A stretch of DNA of 64,000 nucleotides from Candidatus Babeliales bacterium (lineage in GTDB: Bacteria > Babelota > Babeliae > Babelales > JACPOV01). The DNA lies in assembly GCA_020054235.1 (NCBI GenBank), contig JAGVLQ010000018.1, positions 22,421-86,420 on the forward strand, written 5' to 3'. The notes under the pieces were generated by a model. That model was not told the DNA's origin. It worked only from the letters and a program-made list of their open reading frames with translations, and ran no database searches. Both the position numbers and the translations under genes were made by a program. Positions 45,984 to 55,769 of this stretch are shown piece by piece (the stretch's first letter is position 1; each line of letters starts with the position of its first letter).

Positions 45984-47395
45984 GTAATTATTTTGATTTA
46001 ATTATTTTAGGAGGGGGTCCTGCCGGCTTAGTTGCCTCTAAGGTTGCACGAGGTTTTGGTAAGACTGTAGCGATTATAGAAAAAAATAAACTAGGTGGAG
46101 AATGTACATGGACTGGGTGCGTTCCGAGTAAAGCGCTTATTCATTATGCAAGTTTAGTATCAAGTGTTGAAGAGCTACAAAAGCATGGTGTATCTATAAC
46201 CAGACCGACATTTGATACTATTATGACCTTGGTAAAAAGCAAACGAGAAGAAATATATAAAACCCATACACCTGAAGTATTAAAAAAAGAAAATATTACT
46301 ACATATTTTGGGGCACCGGAATTTATTGACAAACATACCGTACGTATTGGCGATCAATTACTAAAAGCTCAGAAATTTATTATTGCAACAGGCTCTCAAC
46401 CGTTTATACCGCCCATTGAAGGTCTTCAAGACGTCAAATTTCTTACCAATGAAACCTTATTTGAATTAGAAAAATTACCGCAATCAATGATAATTTTAGG
46501 GGCTGGTCCTATTGGTGTTGAAATGGCGTGTGCTTTGAATAAGTTTGGTGTGAAAGTAACGATAATTGAAATGAGTGCTTATGTATTACCAAAAGAAGAT
46601 CCTGAGCTGAGCTCCATGCTTAAAGAAAAAATGATCAGTGAGGGGATTGATATAAGGACTTCGTTAAAATTGGTCAAAGTTGTACAAGATGACACCCAAA
46701 TTAAAGGCATAGCTCAAGATTTAAAACAACAACTGGTTGAAGTGAGCGCTGCATCACTTTTAATTGCGGTAGGTAGAAAGCCTAATTTAGATGGGCTTAG
46801 TCTAGAAAGAGTCGGTGTAGCAACAACAAACAAAGCAGTTGTAGTAAATAATAAATTACAAACAACCGTAGCCAATATTTATGCATGCGGTGATATTGTG
46901 GGTCCTTATCAATTTAGCCATATGGCAGAATATCAAGCAGTTATTGCGGCTACTAATGCTTTTCTTCCTTTATTTAAAAGAAGATTGAATTATGAAAATG
47001 TTATTTGGGTAACGTTTAGCGACCCCGAGTTTGCTTCTGCGGGGTTAACTGAAGAGCAAGCACGTGAAAAGCATGGTAACAGTATCGCAGTTTATCGAAT
47101 ACAATATGATGCCCTTGATAGACCTAAAATTGATAATAAGACGTTTGGACTATGCAAAGTTATTTGTACAAAAAAAGGAAAGATTTTGGGGGCTCATATT
47201 TTAGGCGAACGAGCAGGAGAGTTAATCCATGAATTACAAGTGGGTAAATATTATAATTATACATTACCGGATTTTTATAAACCTATCCATGCTTATCCTA
47301 CTTATTCAGAATTAATTTGGCATATGGCAAAGCGTGCATATGTTCAAAACTTAACTAAGAAATGGTATATCAAACTATTAAAAAAGTTTTTTTAA
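45980..47395 (+). CDS. pyridine nucleotide-disulfide oxidoreductase (dihydrolipoamide dehydrogenase / mercuric reductase-like)
   Basis: LIILGGGPAG, redox-active GGECTWTGCVPSK, IILGAGPIGVE and a C-terminal dimerisation domain with HAYPTYSE. Confidence 0.8.
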   Translation: MSNYFDLIILGGGPAGLVASKVARGFGKTVAIIEKNKLGGECTWTGCVPSKALIHYASLVSSVEELQKHGVSITRPTFDTIMTLVKSKREEIYKTHTPEVLKKENITTYFGAPEFIDKHTVRIGDQLLKAQKFIIATGSQPFIPPIEGLQDVKFLTNETLFELEKLPQSMIILGAGPIGVEMACALNKFGVKVTIIEMSAYVLPKEDPELSSMLKEKMISEGIDIRTSLKLVKVVQDDTQIKGIAQDLKQQLVEVSAASLLIAVGRKPNLDGLSLERVGVATTNKAVVVNNKLQTTVANIYACGDIVGPYQFSHMAEYQAVIAATNAFLPLFKRRLNYENVIWVTFSDPEFASAGLTEEQAREKHGNSIAVYRIQYDALDRPKIDNKTFGLCKVICTKKGKILGAHILGERAGELIHELQVGKYYNYTLPDFYKPIHAYPTYSELIWHMAKRAYVQNLTKKWYIKLLKKFF

Positions 47396-47410
47396 AAAAT
47401 AGGAAGAAAA

Positions 47411-48529
47411 ATGAAGATAACACTTTCCGTCATAAAAGCAGATGTCGGTTCGATTGGCGGACATACAAAGCCTTCTCATGATATGATTGAATCGGCTAAA
47501 GCTGAAATAAAAAAAATGGTTGAAATTGGCTTATTATTAGATGGTATGGTTACCTATACCGGTGATGATATTTGTTTGATAATGTCTCATGTTCATGGAA
47601 GCGATAATAAAGATGTACACCAGTTTGCTTGGAAAACATTTTTAAAGGCAACTGAATTTGCCAATGAATGTGGTTGTTATGGTGCTGGGCAGGATTTAAT
47701 TGCAGAAGCGCCATCGGCGAATGTTAGGGGTGCTGGGCCGGGTGTTGCAGAAATTACTTTTGAGTTTAACAGAAAAAATCCGCGACCAGCAGAATCATTT
47801 ATGGTTTTTGCTGCAGATAAATGTGGCCCCGGTGCTTTTAATTTGCCTCTTTCACTAGTTTTTTCTGACCCCATGTATTGTGCTGGACTGATGTTGCCAA
47901 AATTAAGTGAAGGTTTTTCATTTGATATTATTGATATGAATAGCAAGGAGGATCTTACTCTTACCTTACATGCTCCTGAAGATTTATATAAAATTGCAAT
48001 TTTACTACGCGATAATGAGCGCTTTGGTATCAAGGCTATTTATTCCAGAGCTTTTAACGAACAGGTTGCAGCGGTGTCAACTGATAGATTGCATACAATT
48101 GCGGGTAAATATGTTGGAAAGGATGATCCTGTTGCGCTTGTTAGAAATCAAGGAATTTTTCCTGCACCAGAAGAAATAATTTCACCTTATGTAAAGGCTC
48201 ATTATATTGGTGGAGATGCAAGAGGTTCTCATAATATGCCTTTAATGCCGGTTGCTATTAATACAGCAGTGACAGGATTTTATTGTTTGCCCATAATTTC
48301 ATGTTTAGGTTTTTCATTACAATCCACAGGGAAATTTGCTAATAATTATGTGGATTTTTTTGATAATCCAGCTTGGGATTTTGTTAGACTTAGGGCTCAG
48401 GAAAAAGCTATAGAGATGAGATCTCAAGGGTGGTCTGGACCTGCCATGCTACCTTATTCTGAGCTTGAATATAGTGGATTTAAAGAAATTATTGAAGAAC
48501 TTCTGAATAGATTTAAAAAAAGCAAATGA
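47411..48529 (+). CDS. fbp: fructose-1,6-bisphosphate aldolase/phosphatase (class V FBPase)
   Basis: The N-terminus MKITLSVIKADVGSIGGHTKP is characteristic of the class V (archaeal-type) enzyme; 372 aa. Confidence 0.8.
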   Translation: MKITLSVIKADVGSIGGHTKPSHDMIESAKAEIKKMVEIGLLLDGMVTYTGDDICLIMSHVHGSDNKDVHQFAWKTFLKATEFANECGCYGAGQDLIAEAPSANVRGAGPGVAEITFEFNRKNPRPAESFMVFAADKCGPGAFNLPLSLVFSDPMYCAGLMLPKLSEGFSFDIIDMNSKEDLTLTLHAPEDLYKIAILLRDNERFGIKAIYSRAFNEQVAAVSTDRLHTIAGKYVGKDDPVALVRNQGIFPAPEEIISPYVKAHYIGGDARGSHNMPLMPVAINTAVTGFYCLPIISCLGFSLQSTGKFANNYVDFFDNPAWDFVRLRAQEKAIEMRSQGWSGPAMLPYSELEYSGFKEIIEELLNRFKKSK

Positions 48530-48564
48530 CTTTTATTTTTTTTAGTCTTTTTAGGCCAAGCTAA

Positions 48565-49200
48565 TTATTTATCTTGGCCAGTTTTAAACTGTAAATTGGG
48601 TGGAGCAACCGTAAGCTGTTGACTATATTGACTTTGTAAATTTTGAGTTACTGGTTCTTTCAATTCTGCAAAAAGCATCATAGCTATTGGATCTTTTTCT
48701 TTAAGACGTATTCTAAAATTACCAACATTTTTTAGTTCCAATGTTGCCGAATGAGGCACTTTAAATGTCCCATCAATAATTGAAGCTGTAATATGAGTAG
48801 TAAGCCCAAGGCGTGCAATCGTACTTCTGCCGTCGAGTATTGCCAAGATATGGGGAGCAGTTTGAATTGTTTCATAGGTAGAACCCAGCACAAATTGCCC
48901 TGGTTCTAAATAAAACTCTTCCTTTGAAAGATCTACTTTTTTATACCTTAGATCTTGAGCTTGAGTAAGATCTACTATTTGATCTGGATAGGGTACCAAT
49001 ATATCTTTTCCGAGATGCATCCGTATACCAACAGGGCGGATATTATTCTTATCAAAGCATGGTCCAACAACTATGCAACCGTTATCGATATACTTCTCAA
49101 TAGTTTGATGAGATAAAAACATACCATTACACTTTCTATAAAAGAAGATTACTCCAAATGTCATTGTAAATAAGAATAGATACTTTTTCATAATTCTCAA
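48565..49200 (-). CDS. dcd: dCTP deaminase-family protein
   Basis: LSHQTIEKYI..G.IVV.P, IRPVGIRMHLG and DGRSTIARLGL motifs. The first 26 codons look like a TM segment, and the ATG at 49122 (MFLSHQ...) is an alternative start. Confidence 0.7.
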   Translation of the reverse strand: MRIMKKYLFLFTMTFGVIFFYRKCNGMFLSHQTIEKYIDNGCIVVGPCFDKNNIRPVGIRMHLGKDILVPYPDQIVDLTQAQDLRYKKVDLSKEEFYLEPGQFVLGSTYETIQTAPHILAILDGRSTIARLGLTTHITASIIDGTFKVPHSATLELKNVGNFRIRLKEKDPIAMMLFAELKEPVTQNLQSQYSQQLTVAPPNLQFKTGQDK

Positions 49201-49550
49201 AATTTAGAATCAAGACTACGAAGTATTTTTCCAGAACCATTTTTTATTACAGTACTCAAAGAAGAAAAAAAGATAGGTCCATTTTGAGCAATATATTGAA
49301 TTCCTTTGTATATTCCATAATAATATGCGCAAACGAACGCTGCTGCACCTAAGGTTAAACCTACTTGCGCATAAAAAGGAACATTAAAAATAGATACTTT
49401 AGACAGATTATCGATTGAGTATTTGGTGTCGGAAGAATAGTTCGTATTCGATTGGTTTGGCTTTTGACCTTGATCATGATTAGCCGCCAAAAAATGTGAT
49501 GAACTACTCAATAAAAGCAATAAAAGAAGAATTAAACTTTTACGTTTCAT
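49197..49550 (-). CDS. small secreted/membrane protein
   Basis: The ATG at 49550 is preceded by AAGTGGAGGTTATT (the track start 49562 is GTG). It has a Leu-rich signal peptide and a C-proximal Gly-zipper TM (VGLTLGAAAFVCAYYYGIY). Confidence 0.5.
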   Translation of the reverse strand: MKRKSLILLLLLLLSSSSHFLAANHDQGQKPNQSNTNYSSDTKYSIDNLSKVSIFNVPFYAQVGLTLGAAAFVCAYYYGIYKGIQYIAQNGPIFFSSLSTVIKNGSGKILRSLDSKF

Positions 49551-49621
49551 AATAACCTCCACTTAATCATTAAAAGATCTGCAATAAAGAAGGGTATAAA
49601 TTATTTTTCTATACAAAATGT

Positions 49622-50014
49622 TTATAAAAACAATTTATACAAACTAAAACAGGCAACAGAACATAACCCCAAAATTGTAGCATAACCTAGGCCTGTTGGT
49701 TTAAGCGATTCTTCAGTAGTAAGAATTGTATTTTTTTGATTTAAAGTTCTACGCGTTTGATGTACTTGGGAATTAAGTAAATAAGGTATTACTGGTCTTT
49801 CAAGAGTAAGGATCGTTTTTTCGGCTGCAGATGATTGTATATTCTTAAACTGTTTTTTTTCAGGCCTCGTAATATCAACGATCTTCCATTACTTCTTTTT
49901 GTATTCAACAACTTGATTCAGTTGATATTGGTTTTGTTCTTTCTGCTCCATGGCAAAAAGAACAGAAAAACTTAAAATAAACGGTAAAGAGATAAAAAGT
50001 GATTTTGTATTCAT
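49622..50014 (-). pseudogene. secreted/membrane protein gene interrupted by one in-frame TAA
   Basis: AAGTGGAGGTTATC-ATG (50014), then 41 codons (MNTKSLFISLPFILSFSVLFA|MEQ...EYKKK) and TAA (49891-49889). A further 88 stop-free codons in the same frame end in a TM-like GLGYATILGLCSVACFSLYKLFL before TAA (49624-49622). Confidence 0.45.
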
Positions 50015-50045
50015 GATAACCTCCACTTTATCATTGCTAACAAAT

Positions 50046-50390
50046 TTAGATCTCTTCAATACGAATAACCGTTATTGGCTGACGATGTCCTTTTTTTACG
50101 CGAGATTTCTTACGACGTTTAAATTTAAAGACCACGAGCTTTGGCCCTTTGATTTGCTTAACAATCGAAGCTTTAACGGGCTTTTTTAAAAATGGCTGGC
50201 CAATTTCTACTGACTCTGGCCCTGATTTACGCAATAAAACCTGGTTAAATTCGATCGGCTGGCCAACCTCGCCATCGATCTTTTCAATAGCTATGGTTTT
50301 GCCTTTTATAGCCTGGTACTGCTTGCCACCAGTTTCGATAATAGCATAAGCGTCGAAAGTTTCTTGTCCGAGCATTTCTGTATTTTTCAT
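50046..50390 (-). CDS. rplU: 50S ribosomal protein L21
   Basis: YAIIETGGKQYQAIKG...VFKFKRRKKSRVKKGHRQ; no rpmA follows. Confidence 0.85.
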   Translation of the reverse strand: MKNTEMLGQETFDAYAIIETGGKQYQAIKGKTIAIEKIDGEVGQPIEFNQVLLRKSGPESVEIGQPFLKKPVKASIVKQIKGPKLVVFKFKRRKKSRVKKGHRQPITVIRIEEI

Positions 50391-50590
50391 TGATTCACCT
50401 TTTGATGGTCTAAAAATTCATTTTTATAGCTTTAGTATAAGGAAATTAGCACCTCCTGTCTAGCAAGAAAAGCAAAGTGTTTTTATTTCAATTAGAAATT
50501 ATCTTATAAATATTGTTAGCCAAACTTAAAGGCTTTTTCAGAAATTATTTTTTTTGATAAAATATCGCTAGAAAACAGAAAGGACTTGTC

Positions 50591-52096
50591 ATGAATTTGA
50601 AATTTAACATTTTTTTATTCTTTTTTCTTTTTGCTAGCAAAGGAAATCTCATAGGCATTGAGCTCAATAATAAACTTGAACCACAGATTTCCCTGTGCAA
50701 AAAAACTATAGAAATCCTGCAAAAAAATATTATTGAAGTTATGGATAATCTCTATCAAAATCGAAATTATTGGCAAGAAGCTCAATATCGTCCATTTGGC
50801 TATTTTGTAGAGAAAGGCCCACTAAAATGGTTTTCCGGCAACAATCAATGGCGAGAAATTGAAGAAAATCTTGAAATTATCAATTCAGCACTTCTCTATC
50901 AGGCTTCATTTCTTGGTTATTTATATGAAACTCAAGATGAACTTTCGAAAGAAAATTTAGAAGTAAACAAAGAAAAAATTGAGCAAATTACCAAAAAAAT
51001 TCAACACTTCTTGCTAAATGGCAATCAGAATTTCGAGTACTCTCTGGAAGATCTTTTAAAAAAATCACAAAAATATAAAAATAATATATTGGCGAATCTT
51101 TCTGCCATTCAAAACCCAAGTCATTTCCAACGATATTGGCATTATTATAGCATTGCTGCACTCTGCACTCTAGGAGGTTATAATTATTGGGGAAAAAACA
51201 AAAAACAAATTGTAGAGTTTTGTGATGAAACTATTAAGACAGGCAACCATTTCTTCAATCATTATATTAAAGGTCCCATAAAAAATTCAATTGATATCAT
51301 TTACGGGAAAAACAAAAATGGAAATGATAAAATTGTCCCTGAAAATCCCGATGAAATCACTGATGAGTCCGAAAATTCAGAAAAAATCGTTGACGAAATT
51401 ATTACTGAAAGAATCGAACCTCTTTCTGCAGAATATATAAATTTTTATAAGAACAATTCAATGTTGAGTGAAGAGGAAATAACCAGCAAAATAAAAAAAG
51501 TTATAGCGAATCGAAAGTTCCCACCTGATTTGCAAAAAAGAGCTGATGAAGAATCAAGAAATTTAACCTATAATATTTTATGGTATAAAGGAAAAATTCT
51601 CAACCTTCTTTATTTAAAAATTGGCCTATTAGAGCTCATGATGTATGATCGCATCAAAAGAACCGATCGCCTCGTCAAAAGAACTGATCAAATCATGGAA
51701 GCTCATAAATTAAACTTTGAATTATTGGTTGCCCTACCAGCCACAGCAATCATTGGCATTTTAGGCTATCTTTCTTACAAAATTGGTAATAAGCTGTACC
51801 ATTCATTTTTTTCAAAACCCGAACTTTACTTCCAGCCACTGAAAGAGGCACTCGTTAAACTTGAAACTATTCTTAATGCTCACCAAAACATTCAATCGAT
51901 AGATTATGCCGTACAAGGACAAATTTTTTATTGGACCCAAAAACTTTATAATTCACGTACTACTATTCCATTGGTCGATCGCAACAGCTTTGAACTGGAT
52001 CTCCAGGAATTAACCTGTTTTGATTTCACACCTTCTCAAAAATTGAGTACGATACACCGCATGTTTAGGGCTTACCCCTTTTTACAACCAATTTAA
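50591..52096 (+). CDS. hypothetical membrane-associated protein
   Basis: 501-aa ORF with a signal peptide and internal TM segments (YSIAALCTLGGY, LVALPATAIIGILGYLSY). Confidence 0.5.
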   Translation: MNLKFNIFLFFFLFASKGNLIGIELNNKLEPQISLCKKTIEILQKNIIEVMDNLYQNRNYWQEAQYRPFGYFVEKGPLKWFSGNNQWREIEENLEIINSALLYQASFLGYLYETQDELSKENLEVNKEKIEQITKKIQHFLLNGNQNFEYSLEDLLKKSQKYKNNILANLSAIQNPSHFQRYWHYYSIAALCTLGGYNYWGKNKKQIVEFCDETIKTGNHFFNHYIKGPIKNSIDIIYGKNKNGNDKIVPENPDEITDESENSEKIVDEIITERIEPLSAEYINFYKNNSMLSEEEITSKIKKVIANRKFPPDLQKRADEESRNLTYNILWYKGKILNLLYLKIGLLELMMYDRIKRTDRLVKRTDQIMEAHKLNFELLVALPATAIIGILGYLSYKIGNKLYHSFFSKPELYFQPLKEALVKLETILNAHQNIQSIDYAVQGQIFYWTQKLYNSRTTIPLVDRNSFELDLQELTCFDFTPSQKLSTIHRMFRAYPFLQPI

Positions 52097-52261
52097 TCGC
52101 TCTGTTTGAATTTTGAACCTATAGCTATACTTAGGCCAGCTCGGCGCACTTATAAAATATTTTCTTTTTGAATATTTATGTTGAATCTATATATATAAAT
52201 TTGCTATTATTAATATTAATCAAATAATATGCACGTTACTTTCAAAAAAAGGGAGTAAAGA

Positions 52262-52867
52262 ATGAAAAAAATAATAACGTTGTTAGTAGCAATCAGTTTC
52301 CAAGTAACAATTCTTGCTTTGACTGATGCTGAATTTTTCAGCGATGTTCAAACTATTCATACCAATGACAGTCAAAAAACTGTAGATGCTCTTTGTAAAT
52401 TATCTAGTAGTCTTCTGAATTATGAATTCGATCTTTGGCAAAAAAATTATGATACCCCGAAAAAAAGACTTGAAAGTGCTTTTCCAAGCACCGTTTTGAC
52501 TGCAAATGAAGTAAAGGCACTCCGGGCAGCAATCGAAGGATTAAAAAAACTCTCCAATCAAACAGCTATTGATAAATACAATCCAAAACTACCTACAAAC
52601 ATACAGGATATTTTTGATTTGATAAAAAACAGTGCTCTTGATATTAACACCGTAACAAAAAGCCCAAGCGCTCAATTAGCCTATGACAAATTAAAACGAG
52701 TTTATGGATATTGGAAACCGCTCACTCAACGTTATTTTCAACTTGCGATGGCAATTATAGAAGGATTTGGCCAAACAATGAAACTGACTCAAAAACCTAT
52801 AACGCATGGAGATAGCGACCACTATTTTATCTTCTCAAAGCAAGGAGAAGCCTTACGAAAGCTCTAA
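52262..52867 (+). CDS. hypothetical secreted protein
   Basis: 201-aa ORF with a GGGAG RBS and a signal peptide. Confidence 0.5.
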   Translation: MKKIITLLVAISFQVTILALTDAEFFSDVQTIHTNDSQKTVDALCKLSSSLLNYEFDLWQKNYDTPKKRLESAFPSTVLTANEVKALRAAIEGLKKLSNQTAIDKYNPKLPTNIQDIFDLIKNSALDINTVTKSPSAQLAYDKLKRVYGYWKPLTQRYFQLAMAIIEGFGQTMKLTQKPITHGDSDHYFIFSKQGEALRKL

Positions 52868-53008
52868 TACAACAACTTTGAGTTCTTCTATAATTCAAAA
52901 AGGACTATTTGGCGATAACATTTTGCGCTTTGTTGAATGGAAAAAAGAAGCCAAAACAACTTTTGCCTTAGGCTATAGCCATAAATCTTTAATTCTATGC
53001 CTCGATTT

Positions 53009-55618
53009 TTAAATTTTTTCTTTTAATTTCCATAAAATATCAAAGGCCATTTTGGGCGATAATTCCTCAAAATTGAGATTTTTCAATTCACTGCTCAGGT
53101 TTTCTTTTTGCCTCAATTGAAGATAAAGATCATCTATTGTTTTTTGCAAAACAAGCATATCAGTCGAAATAGCACCTTGAACTACAGTATTCGGATTCTG
53201 ATGTTGTGATCCTTGCGCCGTCAACGTTTGTAAAATTTCTTGAGCTCGCTTAATAACACTTTCTGGTAATGCAGCCAACCTTGCCACTTCTAACCCAAAA
53301 CTTCCATCGGCCGCACCCCGTAAAATTTTATATAAAAACAATATACCTTTTTCTGTTTTTTTACTCGCTGCATGAAAACTTGCTATACCAGGACATTGGT
53401 TTTCTAGGGCCGTCAATTCATGATAATGGGTTGCAAATAAACAACGCGCTTTCACCTGACTATATAAATACTCAACAACCGCCTGAGCTATTGCTAATCC
53501 ATCAAACGTACTTGTGCCACGCCCTACTTCATCAAGAATAACCAAACTATTTTCTGTTGCTTGATTACAAATTAAAGCAGTTTCTTCCATCTCTACAAAG
53601 AAGGTACTTTTTCCCTCAGCAACATTGTCACCTGCACCAATGCGCGTAAAAATGCGGTCAAGAATAGGCAAGTTTGCTGATTGTGCCGGAACAAAAGCTC
53701 CACATTGCGCTAAAATCGAAATCAATGCACCTTGGCGCAAATAGGTTGACTTTCCACCCATATTTGGGCCAGTAATAATCAATAAACGTTGCGCATCATC
53801 CATAAACAAATCATTGGCGATAAATCGATTTTCTAATTTACTATCGACAACAGGATGGCGTCCCTCTTTAATAGCTATCGTTTTTGTTTCATTAAAAACA
53901 GGACGAACATATTTTTTATCTGCTGCAAGAGCTCCAAAACTCATAAGAGCATCAAGATGTGCAAGTGCTTGTGCAAGTTTGCGTAATGAACTAATATGAA
54001 CAGCAACCTCTTTTTGTATGCGTTCATAAATTTCTTTTTCCACCCGCTCAACATCAAAACGCGCTGCAGTTATTTCACTTTCGAGTTTTTTTAGTGCTAC
54101 CGTAGTAAAACGTTCTTTGCCAACCAATGTTTGCATGCGAATATAATCCTGCGGCACAAGGGCCAAATTCGGTTTTGTAATTTCAATATAATAACCATAC
54201 ACTTGATTATAACGAATTTTTAATGAATTTATTCTTGTTCGTTCTTGTTCTTGTTGTTCTAAATCAAGAATCGCTTGATGACTATTTCCAGCCAACATAC
54301 GCAATTGATCAAGATGCTGATCAAAACCATTTTTAATAATACGCTGTTGTGAAATTTCATCATCGAGCGCTGCGGTCAACAAAGCATATAGTGGTTTAAA
54401 TGATGCTACAAAAGATACAACTATATTAATTAAACTAAATTGAACATAATTTGCACACAATTCCGCTACTTCCGGCAAAACTTCCAATGCTTTAGAAAGA
54501 AGAACATAATCATATACCGAAGCTCGATTCAGCGCAATTCTCCCTATAATTCTTTCTAAATCACCTACAGATCGCAATAATTCTTGCAGTCTTTGTAATA
54601 AAACAGGCTTTTGAAAAAAAAGCTCAACTATTTCTTGACGTTGTATAATTAAATCTTTCTTGAGCAAAGGACGCACAAGCCATTTTTTTATGCAACGGGA
54701 ACCCATTGCAGTTATTGCTTTATCAACCAAAGAAAAAAGCGTATTCGTTCGTTTGCCATCTTGATTATTCTGAACTAGTTCCAAATTACGCTGGGTTGCT
54801 GCATCAAGCATTAAAAAATCATCGGGCTGATAAAAATGAATCTGCTTAAAATATTCAAGTGCCTGCTGCTGATTTTTTTTTAAATACCAATAAAAATTAT
54901 AAAGAGCATATTGCAAAGCTTGATGCTTACTAATTACAGCTTGTATAGAACTTTGAAAATTTTTACCAAGCCATGCTTGTTCGGGCTCATTGCTAGTCTG
55001 ATCAAAATAATGCATGGTTGTACAAAAACCAAGCTGTGAAAAAAACTTTTTAAAATTTTGTGATTCCTGCACCTCAGGCATTAAAATTTCATCAGGAAAA
55101 AATCGTACTAATTCACTTTCAAGCATGCGCATAGCATCAAATGAAATGGTAGTAGCAAATAATTGGGCTGTTAATAATTCACCAAATAATAACCCACATG
55201 AATTTTCCATGGGAAAAAATGAAAGAAGATAGGAAGCAGATTTTTCGTCAAGCAACTTTTCATCCGTTAACGTTCCAGGCGTAAGAACTTTGGTTACTCC
55301 TCTTTTTACTACTTTACCTGGCTGTGGTTCTTCAAGTTGATCACAAATAGCAACACGAAAACCTCCGCGGACTAGCTTTACCAGGTAATAATCAAGCGCA
55401 TGCACGGGCACCCCGCAAAGAGGTATAGGATCTCCATGGTTATTTTTCCCACGTGTTGTCAACGTAATACCTAAAAAAGCTGCTGCTTTTTTTGCATCAT
55501 CAAAAAAAAGTTCGTAAAAATCACCGACTTGAAAAAAAACTAACGTATCAGAATATTGTTCTTTAATGATACGATATTGTTTTATAAGAGGCGTTACCGA
55601 ATCCAAAGGTTGTGTCAT
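53009..55618 (-). CDS. mutS: DNA mismatch repair protein MutS
   Basis: TPLIKQYRIIKEQY..VFFQVGDFYELF (mismatch-binding domain), Walker A GPNMGGKST, STFFVEME, Walker B ILDEVGRGTSTFDG, FATHYHEL; 869 aa. Confidence 0.92.
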   Translation of the reverse strand: MTQPLDSVTPLIKQYRIIKEQYSDTLVFFQVGDFYELFFDDAKKAAAFLGITLTTRGKNNHGDPIPLCGVPVHALDYYLVKLVRGGFRVAICDQLEEPQPGKVVKRGVTKVLTPGTLTDEKLLDEKSASYLLSFFPMENSCGLLFGELLTAQLFATTISFDAMRMLESELVRFFPDEILMPEVQESQNFKKFFSQLGFCTTMHYFDQTSNEPEQAWLGKNFQSSIQAVISKHQALQYALYNFYWYLKKNQQQALEYFKQIHFYQPDDFLMLDAATQRNLELVQNNQDGKRTNTLFSLVDKAITAMGSRCIKKWLVRPLLKKDLIIQRQEIVELFFQKPVLLQRLQELLRSVGDLERIIGRIALNRASVYDYVLLSKALEVLPEVAELCANYVQFSLINIVVSFVASFKPLYALLTAALDDEISQQRIIKNGFDQHLDQLRMLAGNSHQAILDLEQQEQERTRINSLKIRYNQVYGYYIEITKPNLALVPQDYIRMQTLVGKERFTTVALKKLESEITAARFDVERVEKEIYERIQKEVAVHISSLRKLAQALAHLDALMSFGALAADKKYVRPVFNETKTIAIKEGRHPVVDSKLENRFIANDLFMDDAQRLLIITGPNMGGKSTYLRQGALISILAQCGAFVPAQSANLPILDRIFTRIGAGDNVAEGKSTFFVEMEETALICNQATENSLVILDEVGRGTSTFDGLAIAQAVVEYLYSQVKARCLFATHYHELTALENQCPGIASFHAASKKTEKGILFLYKILRGAADGSFGLEVARLAALPESVIKRAQEILQTLTAQGSQHQNPNTVVQGAISTDMLVLQKTIDDLYLQLRQKENLSSELKNLNFEELSPKMAFDILWKLKEKI

Positions 55619-55769
55619 GCAAATACCAAAAAAGTTGAAAAGAACATAATGAATATCAAAAAAATACCATTAAAAAATATCAACAGCAAGCATCTTTGCT
55701 GAAAAAATTAAAAAAATATTGAGCTCATCAATACATTCATATTAAAGTAGGTGCAAAAAGGAGTTAATC

